Of a stretch of 64,000 nucleotides of DNA, positions 35,497 through 47,760 are shown one piece after another. Position 1 is the first letter of the stretch; every line of letters begins with the position of its first letter. The stretch comes from Hydrolagus affinis. Lineage: Eukaryota. The stretch is taken from contig JAAILG010000119.1 of assembly GCA_012026655.1 (NCBI GenBank), positions 62,001-126,000 of the forward strand, given 5' to 3'. Under the pieces are notes generated by a model, which was given only the letters and a program-made list of their open reading frames with translations, was not told where the DNA came from and searched no databases. The position numbers and the translations under genes are program-made.

Positions 35497-36927
35497 GCCA
35501 ATTGTGAATGAAAACCACTTGCTGATGCATACAAAGGCACCTTCTGCAGTGAATCATTGTGGTGGTGGTGGTGATGCGGATACAGTCCGTGTACATACAG
35601 TTGAGAAACAAGGAAACTTGCCAGTCTGTCCACTAAAAGAAGTCGCTGATACTCCATCTGATCCCATTCGAAAAAACAATTGTGAAAGTAAAAGCAGAAA
35701 TAATGAAGAGTCCCACCTTGTAAGCAACAATCTTAGCAGACAAAGTCTTGTTACTAATGCAAAAATAAAATTGGAAAATAATGGTATTGAGAAGCCAAGA
35801 GAAGAGAGATTAAATCCTAGTCAGGTTAGGGAGTTGGTCCCGATTGCTAACCATGAACCTAACGGACACAATGGTCAGAACAGAGAGAGATCTGATCAGG
35901 ATAAAAGTGCATCATCAGTAATTGAAGATGTTAGTGCTACTCATCGAACTAATGCTGACAAGGTGGGAACTTTGGAAAGGGAAAGCCAACCTAGTGTTCA
36001 ACAATGTCCAGCTACGGAAAAGGACAGTCCAGCCAGTGAAAACAGGTCATCAGAAAAGGATGAGCACAGCACTGACAAACTTCAATCTGGCATTAGGGAA
36101 AGAAACAATCAAAACAAAAATAGAAAAGATGACGATCCTTATCCAGGAAGGGAGGGACTCAATCAAGTTAGAGAGAGAATGTCAGAGCAGCAGACCACTG
36201 ACCTAGCCAAATTGCCTGTTGAAGAAAGTTCAAATCAAGATCAAAACAAAATTTCTGAAAATTACGGCACTGGCAGAGATTCAATTCTGCCGGCGACCAG
36301 AGTTAAGGTTGGTCAAGAAGAAAACCGATTTCAAGAGGAGAGCTCCCCTACCGTCCAAATAAAATCGGAAAGTAGGGAAAGGACTAATGCAGATAACAGT
36401 AGAATTTTACAAAATGATAAAAGTGATTCCACTTATAGGCACAGGTCTAGAGAACACAAAGATAACCGATGGTCTCAAACTGAAAGAGAACCTGAAAAAC
36501 CAGCAAACCATAATTACAGCAGTCGAGCCTATAAGCAAGAGTATTATCAGGAGAAACGAATTGACAAACATAAAGTTAGAGATAATGGACATCCAGGTGA
36601 TGATGGAAAAGGCTACCGCAGCTCAAGGCCTGGCTCACAGTCATTTAATAATTCTCATCATCGTGAAGACAAGATCGCCAGAGAAAAGCAACATACTTTG
36701 GACTGCAGTGGAAGGACTTTGAACAAGGAGATTGACCACAATTATCAAGAAAGCAAATGGGAGCGGAAGAGGAAACATAGCAACAGCGAGAATGGTGAAA
36801 GTGACGTCGACAGGAAGCGCAAAAAACTCTTGTGCGATCCACCTTCGGAGGAGCGAAGGATAAAAAAGCATAAGAAATCAAAGAAGAAGAAGGCATCAAA
36901 AGACAAACGTAGAGATAGGGACCACAA
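35497..36927 (+). CDS. USP42: USP42 exon 15 (large charged disordered region ending in K-rich KKHKKSKKKK)
   Basis: atag|G...AA|gtaaga, 1431 bp, within ORF 35417-36931. Confidence 0.9.
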
Positions 36928-37691
36928 GTAAGATTCTTTGTGTTCTCACAATACTTGTAGCATTGATAGTATGCTTCATTGGTCAACAATAAGTGTGTTG
37001 AGCTGGTACAGTACTATTATTAACATTTGTTTTAAAATATTTCTACACTATTGGGCAAGCAACATGTATCCTTTCATCTCCACCCCCTCAATACTGGTAC
37101 AGTAATAATAAACTGGCCAGTGATTTTTGTTCTTTGCCAATAAACTCTTAAAGCACCAATATGTTTGTACAGTATGGGAAAAGACTATTGCTGTACTAAT
37201 GGCCCAAAGTATATAAAACAACAGATACTCCTATTATAATGTAGAATGATTTATTCAGTCGACTTCATTATTATATCGATTTCTGAGATTTTTTTTTGCT
37301 TAGGGTGAATATTTTTAACTACATTTTGGTTACTGCCCTCTTAGTTTGCAAATCTCCCCAGATAGTTTGCAAATAGTTTGCAAATTAGTTTGCAAATCTC
37401 ACCATCTCCCCAGATAATTCCCTTTATATATTTACCACTCTGTTTAAAGTAATTAAATCTGTTTATGTTCTTGCATCAATCTGCACCATTTGCCTTAGCA
37501 GTAAATAATTCATTAGCCTTGACTGGATGCAGTCCATTGTCGATGAGCTATATTTCCTCAAGATCCACAGAGCCTATTTCAGGTTTATTCCTGAAACCTG
37601 TAGACTATATTTGACTACCGATTGTGGTTTTTAATTGTATTTGATTTGCATTACCTATGTTGTGATCATGATTATAATCTGTACTCTTTAG

Positions 37692-38029
37692 GCATCAGTC
37701 TTTGGACTCCTCTGAAGTAAACTCAGAAACCGATGAAAGGAAACGTAGGAAAAAGAAGAAAAAGAAGAAGAAAAGGCATCATCACAATGACAAAGACCTC
37801 CATTACCATTCCAGAAAGCACCAGGAGATTCGATCAGCCAACAAGAGTGATATCATAAGCGATTCTGAAAGGATTCACAAGTCCACTCGAAGCCTTTGTA
37901 CCGAAGACCAGATGTTGCACAGTCACAAACAACAAGCATACGAAGAGAACATGATGTCTCCGAAAGAAAAATGTGGGCATTTAGACACCAAGCAGAGCAG
38001 TAGCTATGTAGACCACGTCCACAGCAGAG
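37692..38029 (+). CDS. USP42: USP42 exon 16 (RKRRKKKKKKKKRHHH)
   Basis: ttag|G...G|gtaaga, 338 bp. Confidence 0.88.
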
Positions 38030-39258
38030 GTAAGATACAGCAATGAACCACAATCAGAAAATGCTGTGCATTTCGATGAAAATGTAAAACTGGGATTAAT
38101 TTGGTCAAACTTTATGAAGTTTGAATTTCTGAGATACTGTATTTCAATATAATGTGGAATTAAAAAGCCACTTTATTGCTAGTGAGTATACAATTTGTAA
38201 CAAAGAGGTATACAAACCCCACTTAATTTTGCTTCAAGCTTTTTATAGATGTGGAGGATTCGCTAATAATAATCCCTCAAAAAAAAATAGACTGTTCATT
38301 CCAATCTGTGACTGTTTATGGGACACTGCTACGTTTCGCCCACATATACACAGTCAATTCATTTTATAGTATATTCTGTGAAGCGCTTTGAGACGTTTAG
38401 AAGATTGCAAGGATTATTATTGATTAATGCTATTAATCTGTGAAGTGTACTTCATTTGACATTGTGTTTTATTAAGTTAACTTAGAATGGTGACTGGTAG
38501 ACATTAAATTACATTTTAGGTGCCAGTGTATTTTTCTTACTCAGGGACAGTGTTTTTAATGTGTACATTTTATTCCCTTCAGAATCTTTGTGATTGGTGT
38601 TTAAGAAACAAAAGCTGCATTGCAAAAACAAAGTCCTTCAAATTAAACAAGTATCCTGGAAAAGGTGGTGGTTGATTGACTACATTCGGCCCTGCATGCT
38701 TTGAATGGGACTCTTCACTAAATCTCTACGTCAGACTCTTGTTATTGGCAATGATTTATTAAAATAATTTGTACCCAGGATTGAGGAGGGTAATAATAAT
38801 AATAATAATGATAATCCTTGCATTTAATATAGCAACTTCTCATGCTGTCAAACGCCTCAGTCCTTCAGAAGATTTACTGTAAAGTATGATGACTGTATTT
38901 GTCAGTGATCACGGCAAACAATTTGCACGCAACAATGTCCCACAAACAGACATGAATAACCAATTTGATTTGGGGGATTGTTAATGAGAATACAAGGAAA
39001 ATCTTGATTTACTGGCTAGAAGAATGAGTGTAGGAAGCTGTTGTCCTGAAGATTGTTTATTTATAGGGATTCGGGGGGGGGGTGGTGTATTTGAGGTGGG
39101 ATGATGATTAGCTAATAATTAAACCGGTGATGGAAGTAGTGCCATTTATTTGTATTAAATGTACCTTTAAAAGGTATTGAGGTGTAGAATGAATGAAGGC
39201 TGTATATTTAAGTCCAAGAACCTCTTTTAATCATTCATTACTGTACCATTTGTTTCAG

Positions 39259-39417
39259 AAGAAACATTGAATGTGCATAATGGAAGTTTAAATCGGCATC
39301 TTGTGAACTGTGTTGGATCGGGGTCTCTCACTGTACAACAGAGTGACTGGTTCAGGCAGAGGCTAGAAAATGGCAGTGACCAACAGAAACCTATTTCAAA
39401 GCTGGATAAAGAATACT
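39259..39417 (+). CDS. USP42: USP42 exon 17
   Basis: tcag|AA...T|gtaagt, 159 bp, open in phase 1. Confidence 0.7.
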
Positions 39418-40684
39418 GTAAGTCCTACGTTGGTTTCTTTTTTAAAAAAAAAATTTAATTCCCATTTACAAGGATTGTGAAGCTACAAACTGCCTTTAAT
39501 TGTGGCTGACTTTTCAAGTGTGCTTTACAATGCAAGATAAATCTCTTGTGATAATTTCCCTCTACTCTTAATTCCCTTCAAAGAACAATCTCATAAAAAG
39601 ACCAACCAAGAATGAGCTCATCTGTAGGGAACTCTGGGGGTAATATGAATGTGAGGAAGAGAACCTATGATGGTTGACTATGGTGGTAGGATTCTAGCTC
39701 AGGCCCTGTATCTGGGAGCTTACCACAAAATAAAAAAAGAGTGTGTTTGGTAGTCATCAGTGTAATAGGTGGACTGGACATATATAATAATAAGCCTTGC
39801 GTTTGACTTTGAACATTTTAAAAGGACTTCACAATGTCTCTGAAGTGTGGTGATTGTGTATTTGTTTACAAATATACATAATAAACCTAAACTGTTTCTC
39901 AAAAAAATCTTCTATTACATTGCGCCATCCTTAAAATCAATTGTCCTGTAGATGGTGCCTTGGGACATCCTCCTGACATGAAATATTATAACAAATGTAA
40001 TTTATTCCAGAAGCCTTGAAAAATTGCACATTGATCATAACCAATATGTTGATATGGTCTAAACTAGATTTGTTGTTTATAAAGTAGATCATTTGTACAG
40101 CAAAACTTGTACACCCTTCAGAACACTTCCTGCTCTTGTCTGTCATTTGACTTTCACCTCCAGTCTGGATGGAATACCTACCTTATAATTCTGTTTCTAT
40201 GAGACTACATATGTTTTATTAAATTATCATCTCTGCAAACGCACCTTACAAAATTGAACCCTCTGAATATCTGATATATTTCGGTATAATTGGTGTAAAA
40301 TAATCCAAGATGTTTCACAGTTAATTTAATAACTTCAAGTGAAAGTGTCATTTCCTGTAAAACCTAATTTGAAACCTAATGTGGATGGACTGATTGGGTT
40401 GCAGTTATTGATTCTTGTTTGATCTTGTTTGCCATTCAGCGTGATCCATTGCCAAATGCAATATTCTTTATCCCAAAATAATTCAAAGGGGGGTGGTGGG
40501 GGTGCGGGTGTCTACTATCTGATAAGCAAGTGGTGGGATTCAAGTCTTTTTTAATGTTCACACTGGGCTAATTTACTGTATGAATTTTGTAATCAGATTG
40601 GCACATCCTGAGATTTTAAAGGCTGATTTTTGTGGGGATTTTAGTTATATAACGATATTAAATACATTTTAATTTGATTTGTAG

Positions 40685-40791
40685 TACGAGAAAGGCATTA
40701 TTCACACAATTACAACAAGGAATACAGTGAAAAGGACAACAGAAGAGACTTGACGAATGATAGTTCTTTCAGAGACTCGGCAAGATGGAAG
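40685..40791 (+). CDS. USP42: USP42 exon 18
   Basis: gtag|TA...AAG|gtatgt, 107 bp, open, phase 1->0. Confidence 0.65.
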
Positions 40792-41789
40792 GTATGTGTG
40801 TGTATAATACATATAAGTACCATCAGTGTTTATTTGTAAAATCCCCCAACTCAATGTTGATTAAATCTGCCTCAAAAATGTACAACAGTGAAAAGCAATA
40901 ACTGGTGACCTATGGATCTCAGGTGTCATACTTGTTTAGTCTCTAGGATTTGGATTTAAATTCAGTAATGATCGTTGGGATGATTGTGGGATTTCCTTTC
41001 TGCGGACTGTAAAGATCCTACATAAAATGCTTGACCATACTTACCTATTATCTGTGAGTCCACAGTAAAATACTTGGAATAATTGTAAAACTATCTCACT
41101 TAGAGAATTGGCGCTGGTGAAGAAGGAGCTGTCTTTGATTTGGAGAACTGAATTCAATTTGCCCTGCACTCCCAAAAATTTATAATTTGGACACTCAATC
41201 CACAACTGTTTGTGGGACACTGCTGTGCACAATTGGCTGCCACGTTTTGCCCGCAAAAATATACAGTCAATTCACTTTGCAGTATATTCTGTGAAGCGCT
41301 TTGACATGTCTAGAAGTGAAATATCAAATACAAGTATTATTATTATTAAACGCTGATCTGGAAGTTTTTTCCATTCTCAGCTAATGACATTCCTAACCAC
41401 TTTGAATTCAAATATGTGCCTGAAAAATAAAATAACCGTCATAATGATCTTTAGTGTAAGATTGTTAATACTGGTCAGAAAATATATTTTAAATTCTTAG
41501 ACTATAAGAACTCTTGCATTTGATATATTACCGTATCACATTGTTGTGACATCTCAAAGCGCTTCACAGAATATATTGTAAAGTGAACCGTCCGTTTTGT
41601 GGACGAAACATGGCAGAGCAGTGACCCATGAAGAGTCGTGATTCATTGAGTGACTTTTTTTGATGTATTATTACTATATTGGTAGAATTATTTAAAGAGG
41701 CTTCTAAACTGATGCATTTGTACATTCTGACACATGGAAAATGGCTGGAGAAGGCCACAAACCTTTTTGGGGGGATTTTCTGGTTACAG

Positions 41790-41828
41790 ACTGGTGAAAA
41801 GAGACATGAAGAACAGAAGGCCCATTAA
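41790..41828 (+). CDS. USP42: USP42 last coding exon (TGEKRHEEQKAH*; exon continues to donor at 41858)
   Basis: acag|ACT...TAA; CAG|gtaagt 30 nt after the stop. Confidence 0.65.
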   Translation, partial: TGEKRHEEQKAH

Positions 41829-42577
41829 GCCTACTAGTGGTAGAGACCTTAGCTACAGGTAAGTCATTGAAAAAATTAAACTAAAGTCAAATTCTGCTTC
41901 TAAGGGTTAACTTTGGGTTACGAGAAACGATTTAGGATAAACTTCGATGAAAATCAAATCTTTCAAGATTTTCTACTCACGGCAAGATTTTCAGATCAAA
42001 ATCCATAAGATCTATTCTAGAATGATTTGAAATCAAATCCTGCCTTTCGTTCCTCAAATCCCATCACCGTCATTTATATTGTATGGTCGTCTTCATGATT
42101 ACAAAATTACCCTTTTAAATAATGACACATGTAGCAAACCCAAATTTTACCTGAATCAAGAGAAAGTTCAGAGCACAGAAAGTGACCTTTCAGCCCAATG
42201 TGCTAGTTCCCCACTGGTGCTGTCTTTTCTTGTGAACTCAACTACACTTTCCTCATGTCCCTTTATACTTTTATACTTTGAGTACTTATCTCATTCCTTT
42301 TTAAATTGTGATATTGACTTTGTACCCACCTATAGCACTATACTAACAAAAGTTAATGTTAGTTATTGTTCATGCTTAGGTATTTTTACACAGTGGTATG
42401 TATGTGATGTATGCTATGCTCGTATAATAATCCGACAAAGCACGGGACTAGGAAGCATGAAGGAATTTCAGAAGGATTTCTCACTGGTTTGTTTGCAAGA
42501 AAGCTGTGAAAATGGTGTGGGGAAAAAACAAAAATGTTCACCTGATCATGTTGTTCTGTTTTTTCTCTACCAACCAG

Positions 42578-44055
42578 ATGCAAAGCAGTGGAGTAAACCA
42601 TCTGGTATGCAGCAAAAACGTGAAAAGCTTCAAAGAACTCACACTCCTGGATCCAGAATGTGGTGCTTTATTCCTTTAAATACTGTACAGAATTTTACCA
42701 TCTGGGTTGGTGGGAGAACTTTAGATTTTTGGGAATTTTTTTTTATTTACACATTTAGTGAAAAATCCAAATGGATTATTTGTTTCTGTTCCTTGTTGAA
42801 CACTGTACAAATACTGTATAAATAACTGTAATATATAAATGGTCACCCTGGAATTTTTTTAAAGACTCGAATGCTGCTCAGCCACGGACTCAGGTTTGAT
42901 TCTACTCATGTGTTATGTGTAAATTTTTAGTGGTTAAATTTCGGGTGCAAACTGGTGCAAAAAAAGAGAGGGAGGACCAGGAAATGGCTTTTTGGGAATG
43001 CAGGAATAGTGCAACAGACTGTGAAATCAATGGTTTGTTTCAAATGAACCAAGCACTAGATTTTATTTTATGAACCCCAAAGTTTTTTTTTCCCATGAAC
43101 AACAGTCATAAAAGATAGAAACAGAATAGTTTAGATTTATGGGGGGGGGGAATATCTCAAGTGACTTATTTGTATTGGGATGCTGTCTGAAACTAGAAAC
43201 TAAATCATTTTAACTTTTTTTTCATAAAAAAAGCCTAAAAAGAAAAGTTTTAAAAAATCTAAACCTAAAATATTGATCATTTATCCAGGATCGAGATTAA
43301 TTTTAACAAAATATTGTCTTCAGTTACAAATACCTAATTTGTTTCATTTTAAATTCTTTGTTATAGTTTGAGCAACATAAGGGCTTGGAAACGAGATTTT
43401 CTTTCACACTCACAATTACATATTGGAAATTATTTTGTATTCAGAGTATGCTTTATACAATTTAATTTCTTTTAAGGTTCTCCTATTGTAATAACTTGTG
43501 ATTAATACATTAGGGGAAAGAATTACTTTAGCCTTGGAAAACTCTGCAACTTCACTACTTTGTTCATTGACTCAAATCTCCACTTTAGTACAGTGGTGAA
43601 GAAATACAGCATACGCTGCCACGATGTAATCTCAAATGTGTTCCTTTTTTTGGTGTATCGGTGCTTCCTACCCTCTTGTGGATCACAACACAGTCACTTT
43701 AAAGTTTCTAGTTGCAGACAGAAGCGGATCCTGTGAATTGTATTAATACTGAGACACTGTCAAACTGTGATGCCAGCTATTTCAACTTTGGTCCTGTATC
43801 AGGAAAACAAGTCAAATGTAATCTGTGATTCTTATGAAAGTGTGTGTGGTTCAGAGCTGTATTGAAGTATGTTTTACTTTAATTGGTCAACGGACATTTT
43901 GGATGGAACTGCCATCTGCCCATATTGTACTGTAGCATGTGAAATTTGTAGAATGTACAAACATGAAGTAAAGCCGAAAAGAAATGTGTATAATGCACTG
44001 TGTTAATGGATTTGCTTTCTCGTCCACAAATAAATGCCCAACATAACTACTCTAT
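42578..44055 (+). other. USP42: USP42 terminal 3'UTR exon
   Basis: Polypyrimidine tract + ccag| at 42577; AT-rich, repeat-poor stretch ending near AATAAA. Confidence 0.55.
44029..44034 (+). terminator. USP42 polyadenylation signal AATAAA
   Basis: AATAAA at the end of the repeat-free UTR-like block; repeats resume at about 44140. Confidence 0.55.
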
Positions 44056-44984
44056 TTTCCCCACAAATTACCGATCCTTCCTTGTGACAAATATCAATTT
44101 ATGATGCCTTGTTGTGAGACTTACAAATGTGTGAAGGTTTTTGCAGGACTCCGGCTTGCTCGATGTTCCCTCACCAATCCCGCCCCAGCATTGGCGAGCC
44201 TTTAGCCACTCTGCCCCCAACCTCTGAAACTCCATCCCGCAGTCCCTCCGCCTCGCTCCTTCCCCAGCCTTCTTCAAGTCCTGCCTCCCCCCTTTCCTAC
44301 CACTCTCCCTGTCCCAAGCTCGGGTCTCAAACAATGACTGTCCAGTGCCATGTGACGTCTTCCTGACGTGAAAGGCGCTATACAAGTGTAATTTTGTGGC
44401 TGCTGTTGATACAACCCTCACCTTTGGTGGGAAGGCTACCTTGACAGCAAGAATATCCAAAGTAGATTTTCTAAGCTTGAAGGACACGACTGCACCATTA
44501 AGAAAATGTGTTTCTAAACTTCTTGATTGCAGATCGTGGTTGGGAGTGCACTTCTATAAGGTAATTAAGCTGATGGATGGGGGGTATATGCAGCTGATGT
44601 ATTTCAGCACCTTGGGACGCATTCCCAATGTGAAAAGCACTCTAATGTAATTTTGCTGTTGTTGTATTCTGCTTTGATTTTCAGAATGCATTTGACAAAG
44701 TGCCTCATGTAAAATTTATGTAGGTTTTAATTTCAAGGAACGCGTGGAAATTTGATTTGAAAATGTGCCCAGAGGTAAGCAGGCTAGGTACAGACCATAG
44801 CAGGGAAGGCACGAGTGCGCCTCTGAATCATCTCCATCCACTTAACAGCAGAGTCATGTCATCATGTCTCCAATTTTGTCAATGTTCTTCCAAATTGTAC
44901 TTGGAAATTAATGTTTGCGGAAGTGTATGGTCTTACTCATTCTTCAAAGCAACTGTAAGACTTGCCTCCCTGCCAACTGTGGAC

Positions 44985-45170
44985 ACATGTAGCTTAGTGG
45001 TTGGAGCACTTGCCTTACAAGCAAGAGACCTGGGTTCAAATCCATGCACGTTGAACCCTTGGGCAAGTTTCTTTACATGTCTGATAATAATCCTTTTTTT
45101 AAAAAAAAACCAATAAATTGTTATTTCAATCCATAACTGTTTCTGGGACACTGATGTGTGCAATTGGCTT
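44985..45170 (+). mobile_element. tRNA-derived SINE (inverted partner at about 45525-45830)
   Basis: Family head and body; opposite-orientation copy about 350 bp downstream. Confidence 0.8.
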
Positions 45171-47010
45171 TCAATGAGGTGTAACTCTAATAGAGTAACT
45201 TTTAATCTTAATGAATTAAATGATTGTGTTATGATTCCACAGAATTTACCAATAGATATTAGATTAAGCAACACAGTTAATCTAATACGTTTATCTACCC
45301 ATCTCTAGTATACAGAGCAAGTGGTGGGTAGATCAGACAATCAGTCATTAATTAGATAAGAGTATCCTGTGTACTGAAGTACACTGAGGCAAGCTGTGGC
45401 ACAATGCATCCCTGACTCATCAGTCAGATGCTCAGCACAAACTGCTGAATAAAAAATAAAACCAGGGCATACTTCTTAATGTAGAGTGACAACACAGAAC
45501 TTCCTTGCATTCCTTGCATTGCGTTTTAATCCTTGCATTTGATATAGCATCTTACATTTTCTAGACTTCTCAAAGTGCTTCACAAAATATACTGTAAAGT
45601 GAATTGACTGTCTTGTGGATGAAATGCAGCAGCCAATTGCACACCAATCGCAGTGTCCCACAAACAGTCGTGGATTAAGTGGATCATTGTTTTTAATTTG
45701 GAAGGGATTATTACCCCCTGGAAAAGCAATCCACCAATCGACTGACAGCTGGGTTCTTATTTACTGTTAGGTGAACGGGTGTGTGGAGTAAGGAAACTTG
45801 CCCAACATTTTGCCTCACTGGAAATTAAACTTCATTAATTTAACTGGTAACTGGGGATCTATTCAAACTGTTTCCGATCCATTATAGAGCTTCTTCCACG
45901 ATACTAATGAAATCAATCATGTTTCAACTGAAGTTGTTTGAAAAATATTGGACTTGAATATGTGGGAGACAAACTAGTGCAGACTCTTTTGTGCAAGAAG
46001 TATAGTTTACCAACCCATGAGAAAGCTACTCCGAAACCAGATTACTTGAGGCAGTTTTCCTTAAGGAATCTCGTACTGTACATCATTGTGTATTAACTTT
46101 TCCGTGGTTTTACATTTTGTGTTTTGCTTATTTCCCTTATAATGAGCAAGCATTTATATATTGATCAGTTCGATCTAGTGGCAATCATATCAGCAAGATT
46201 GTACATTCAGTTTTGCTTAACCAACTCCCACAATTCAATCTGCATTTGCCTTTGTCTACTGATAGGCAGGAGAACACCAGGGATGGCCTTCAGATCCTGC
46301 GTCACCTTCAGGTAAGTGATGGAGTTTAAAAATAAATGAACAATAGTCCTTGCATTTGAAATATAAGCTTTGAGCGAGAGAAAATGAGTTGTAATTTCAA
46401 TACAGTGAAGGATTGTATTCTTACAGCTCAGGAAATAAATGGAAAAACAAAACAGTAATCACTATAACAAAGTAAAAGAATACGGTGATGGGAAATAGTT
46501 TGTGACAGATTGAAGGCGAGAAGTGAGATATTTGCCAGCGCTAGGTCTTTACAGAGAGTACATTTACCTTCCAGACTAAGGTGCTGGAAGAATGACCCAG
46601 TTAAAATGACTTTCAATGGAAATGGCCAAGAATGTCAGTGGATGAATGCTAAAAGTGGAACTATGCCTTTTTACCTGCGTTTCTTTGTAATCCTCAGTGG
46701 GAATGAGAATAATGACCTCAATTGTCTAGCTAATGAGTCTGTATGGGATCCCTCTGGTGATGGATTTAGATGTACACTCTGGATTCATTGAGATGTGTCT
46801 CGCATTGAATGTTAAAAGCAACATTTTGACAAGGTTGTTTATGTGGCAAATTTCATCTTATCAGGTGATACTAAAATAGAAGCAGTGTCAGCACATGTAA
46901 GTCAACACTAGTTTGTATTTCAGGAAAATGTCAATTTCATACTGCTCATTTTCCTTGGCAGATGTATTATTAATATATATACAAAAGTCAGGTTTTCAGA
47001 TGTAATAAGT

Positions 47011-47016
47011 TTTATT
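47011..47016 (-). terminator. CYTH3 candidate polyadenylation signal (AATAAA on minus)
   Basis: tttatt on plus, about 670 nt past the stop; the UTR also has a PUM-like TGTAAATA at 47086-47093. Confidence 0.5.
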
Positions 47017-47687
47017 TTTTGTAGGCCACTGACAATAGTCTAACGTGTATCATAACAAAAGTATCAATAACGTAAATCTGTACACTATTTACACATAACT
47101 TAATATCTTTTAACAATTACAATAAACGGTCTGCATTTGACTAAGAAAATAAATATACAATTACAATGTTAACATACAGACTATGTTATAGTTCTGAGTG
47201 CGACTAAGATATTCTCATCCTTCAACCACAGACATCGCTAAATGTACAATTTAGCTGTGATATAATTAGTGCTTTGTTCTTTCGACACTGTTGAATAATG
47301 AAAATTACTGATGCCATAGATTAATATTTGGTTATTAGAGTTTTGAATAGAATAAATTGTTGCTTAGGCAGCATTCAAATATCCTAATAGAAAGTCTTCC
47401 AACCTTACACACTTCGGTGTCAGACCCGCTGAGTTCGAAGGTCTTGCACAATAGAAAATGGTTTCTGTGCAAAAATTAAAAACTTAAGTGTTAACACAAT
47501 TTCATACAATGGAGCACTGCTTGTTTTAAGAGCGAGGGAGAGGGAATAAAATCAGTAAAACTACCAAAACATTTCTTTGCCTGAACTCTTATATACAGAA
47601 AAACACTGGGATTATTTTTCTTCTTCATTTGGAAAGTTTTCAGAAATTGGTATGTATTTGTGAAGCTGAGATGCCAGTCCAATGCAG

Positions 47688-47760
47688 TTACTTTTTATTG
47701 GCAATTCTCCTTTTTCTTGTGGCCAACATATCGTAGAAAGGGTCCTTGCTGATGCTAGCT
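47688..47760 (-). CDS. CYTH3: CYTH3 exon 13 (ASISKDPFYDMLATRKRRIANKK*)
   Basis: tcag|A GCT...TAA. Confidence 0.96.

Larger units (their letters stand above)
14550..41828 (+). other. USP42: USP42 ubiquitin-specific protease 42, complete CDS span (18 coding exons, 4641 nt, about 1546 aa)
   Basis: MTIVDK start; Cys box [18 protein letters not shown]; QEDAHEFL; His box [14 protein letters not shown]; WYQMND; LVPY acidic motif; KKHKKSKKKK tail; synteny with EIF2AK1 and CYTH3. Confidence 0.95.

Noticed and set aside
42079-42825. 248-aa ORF
   Set aside because: Non-ATG start, spans an intron and the 3'UTR, has no recognisable motifs, and shows AT-rich random composition.
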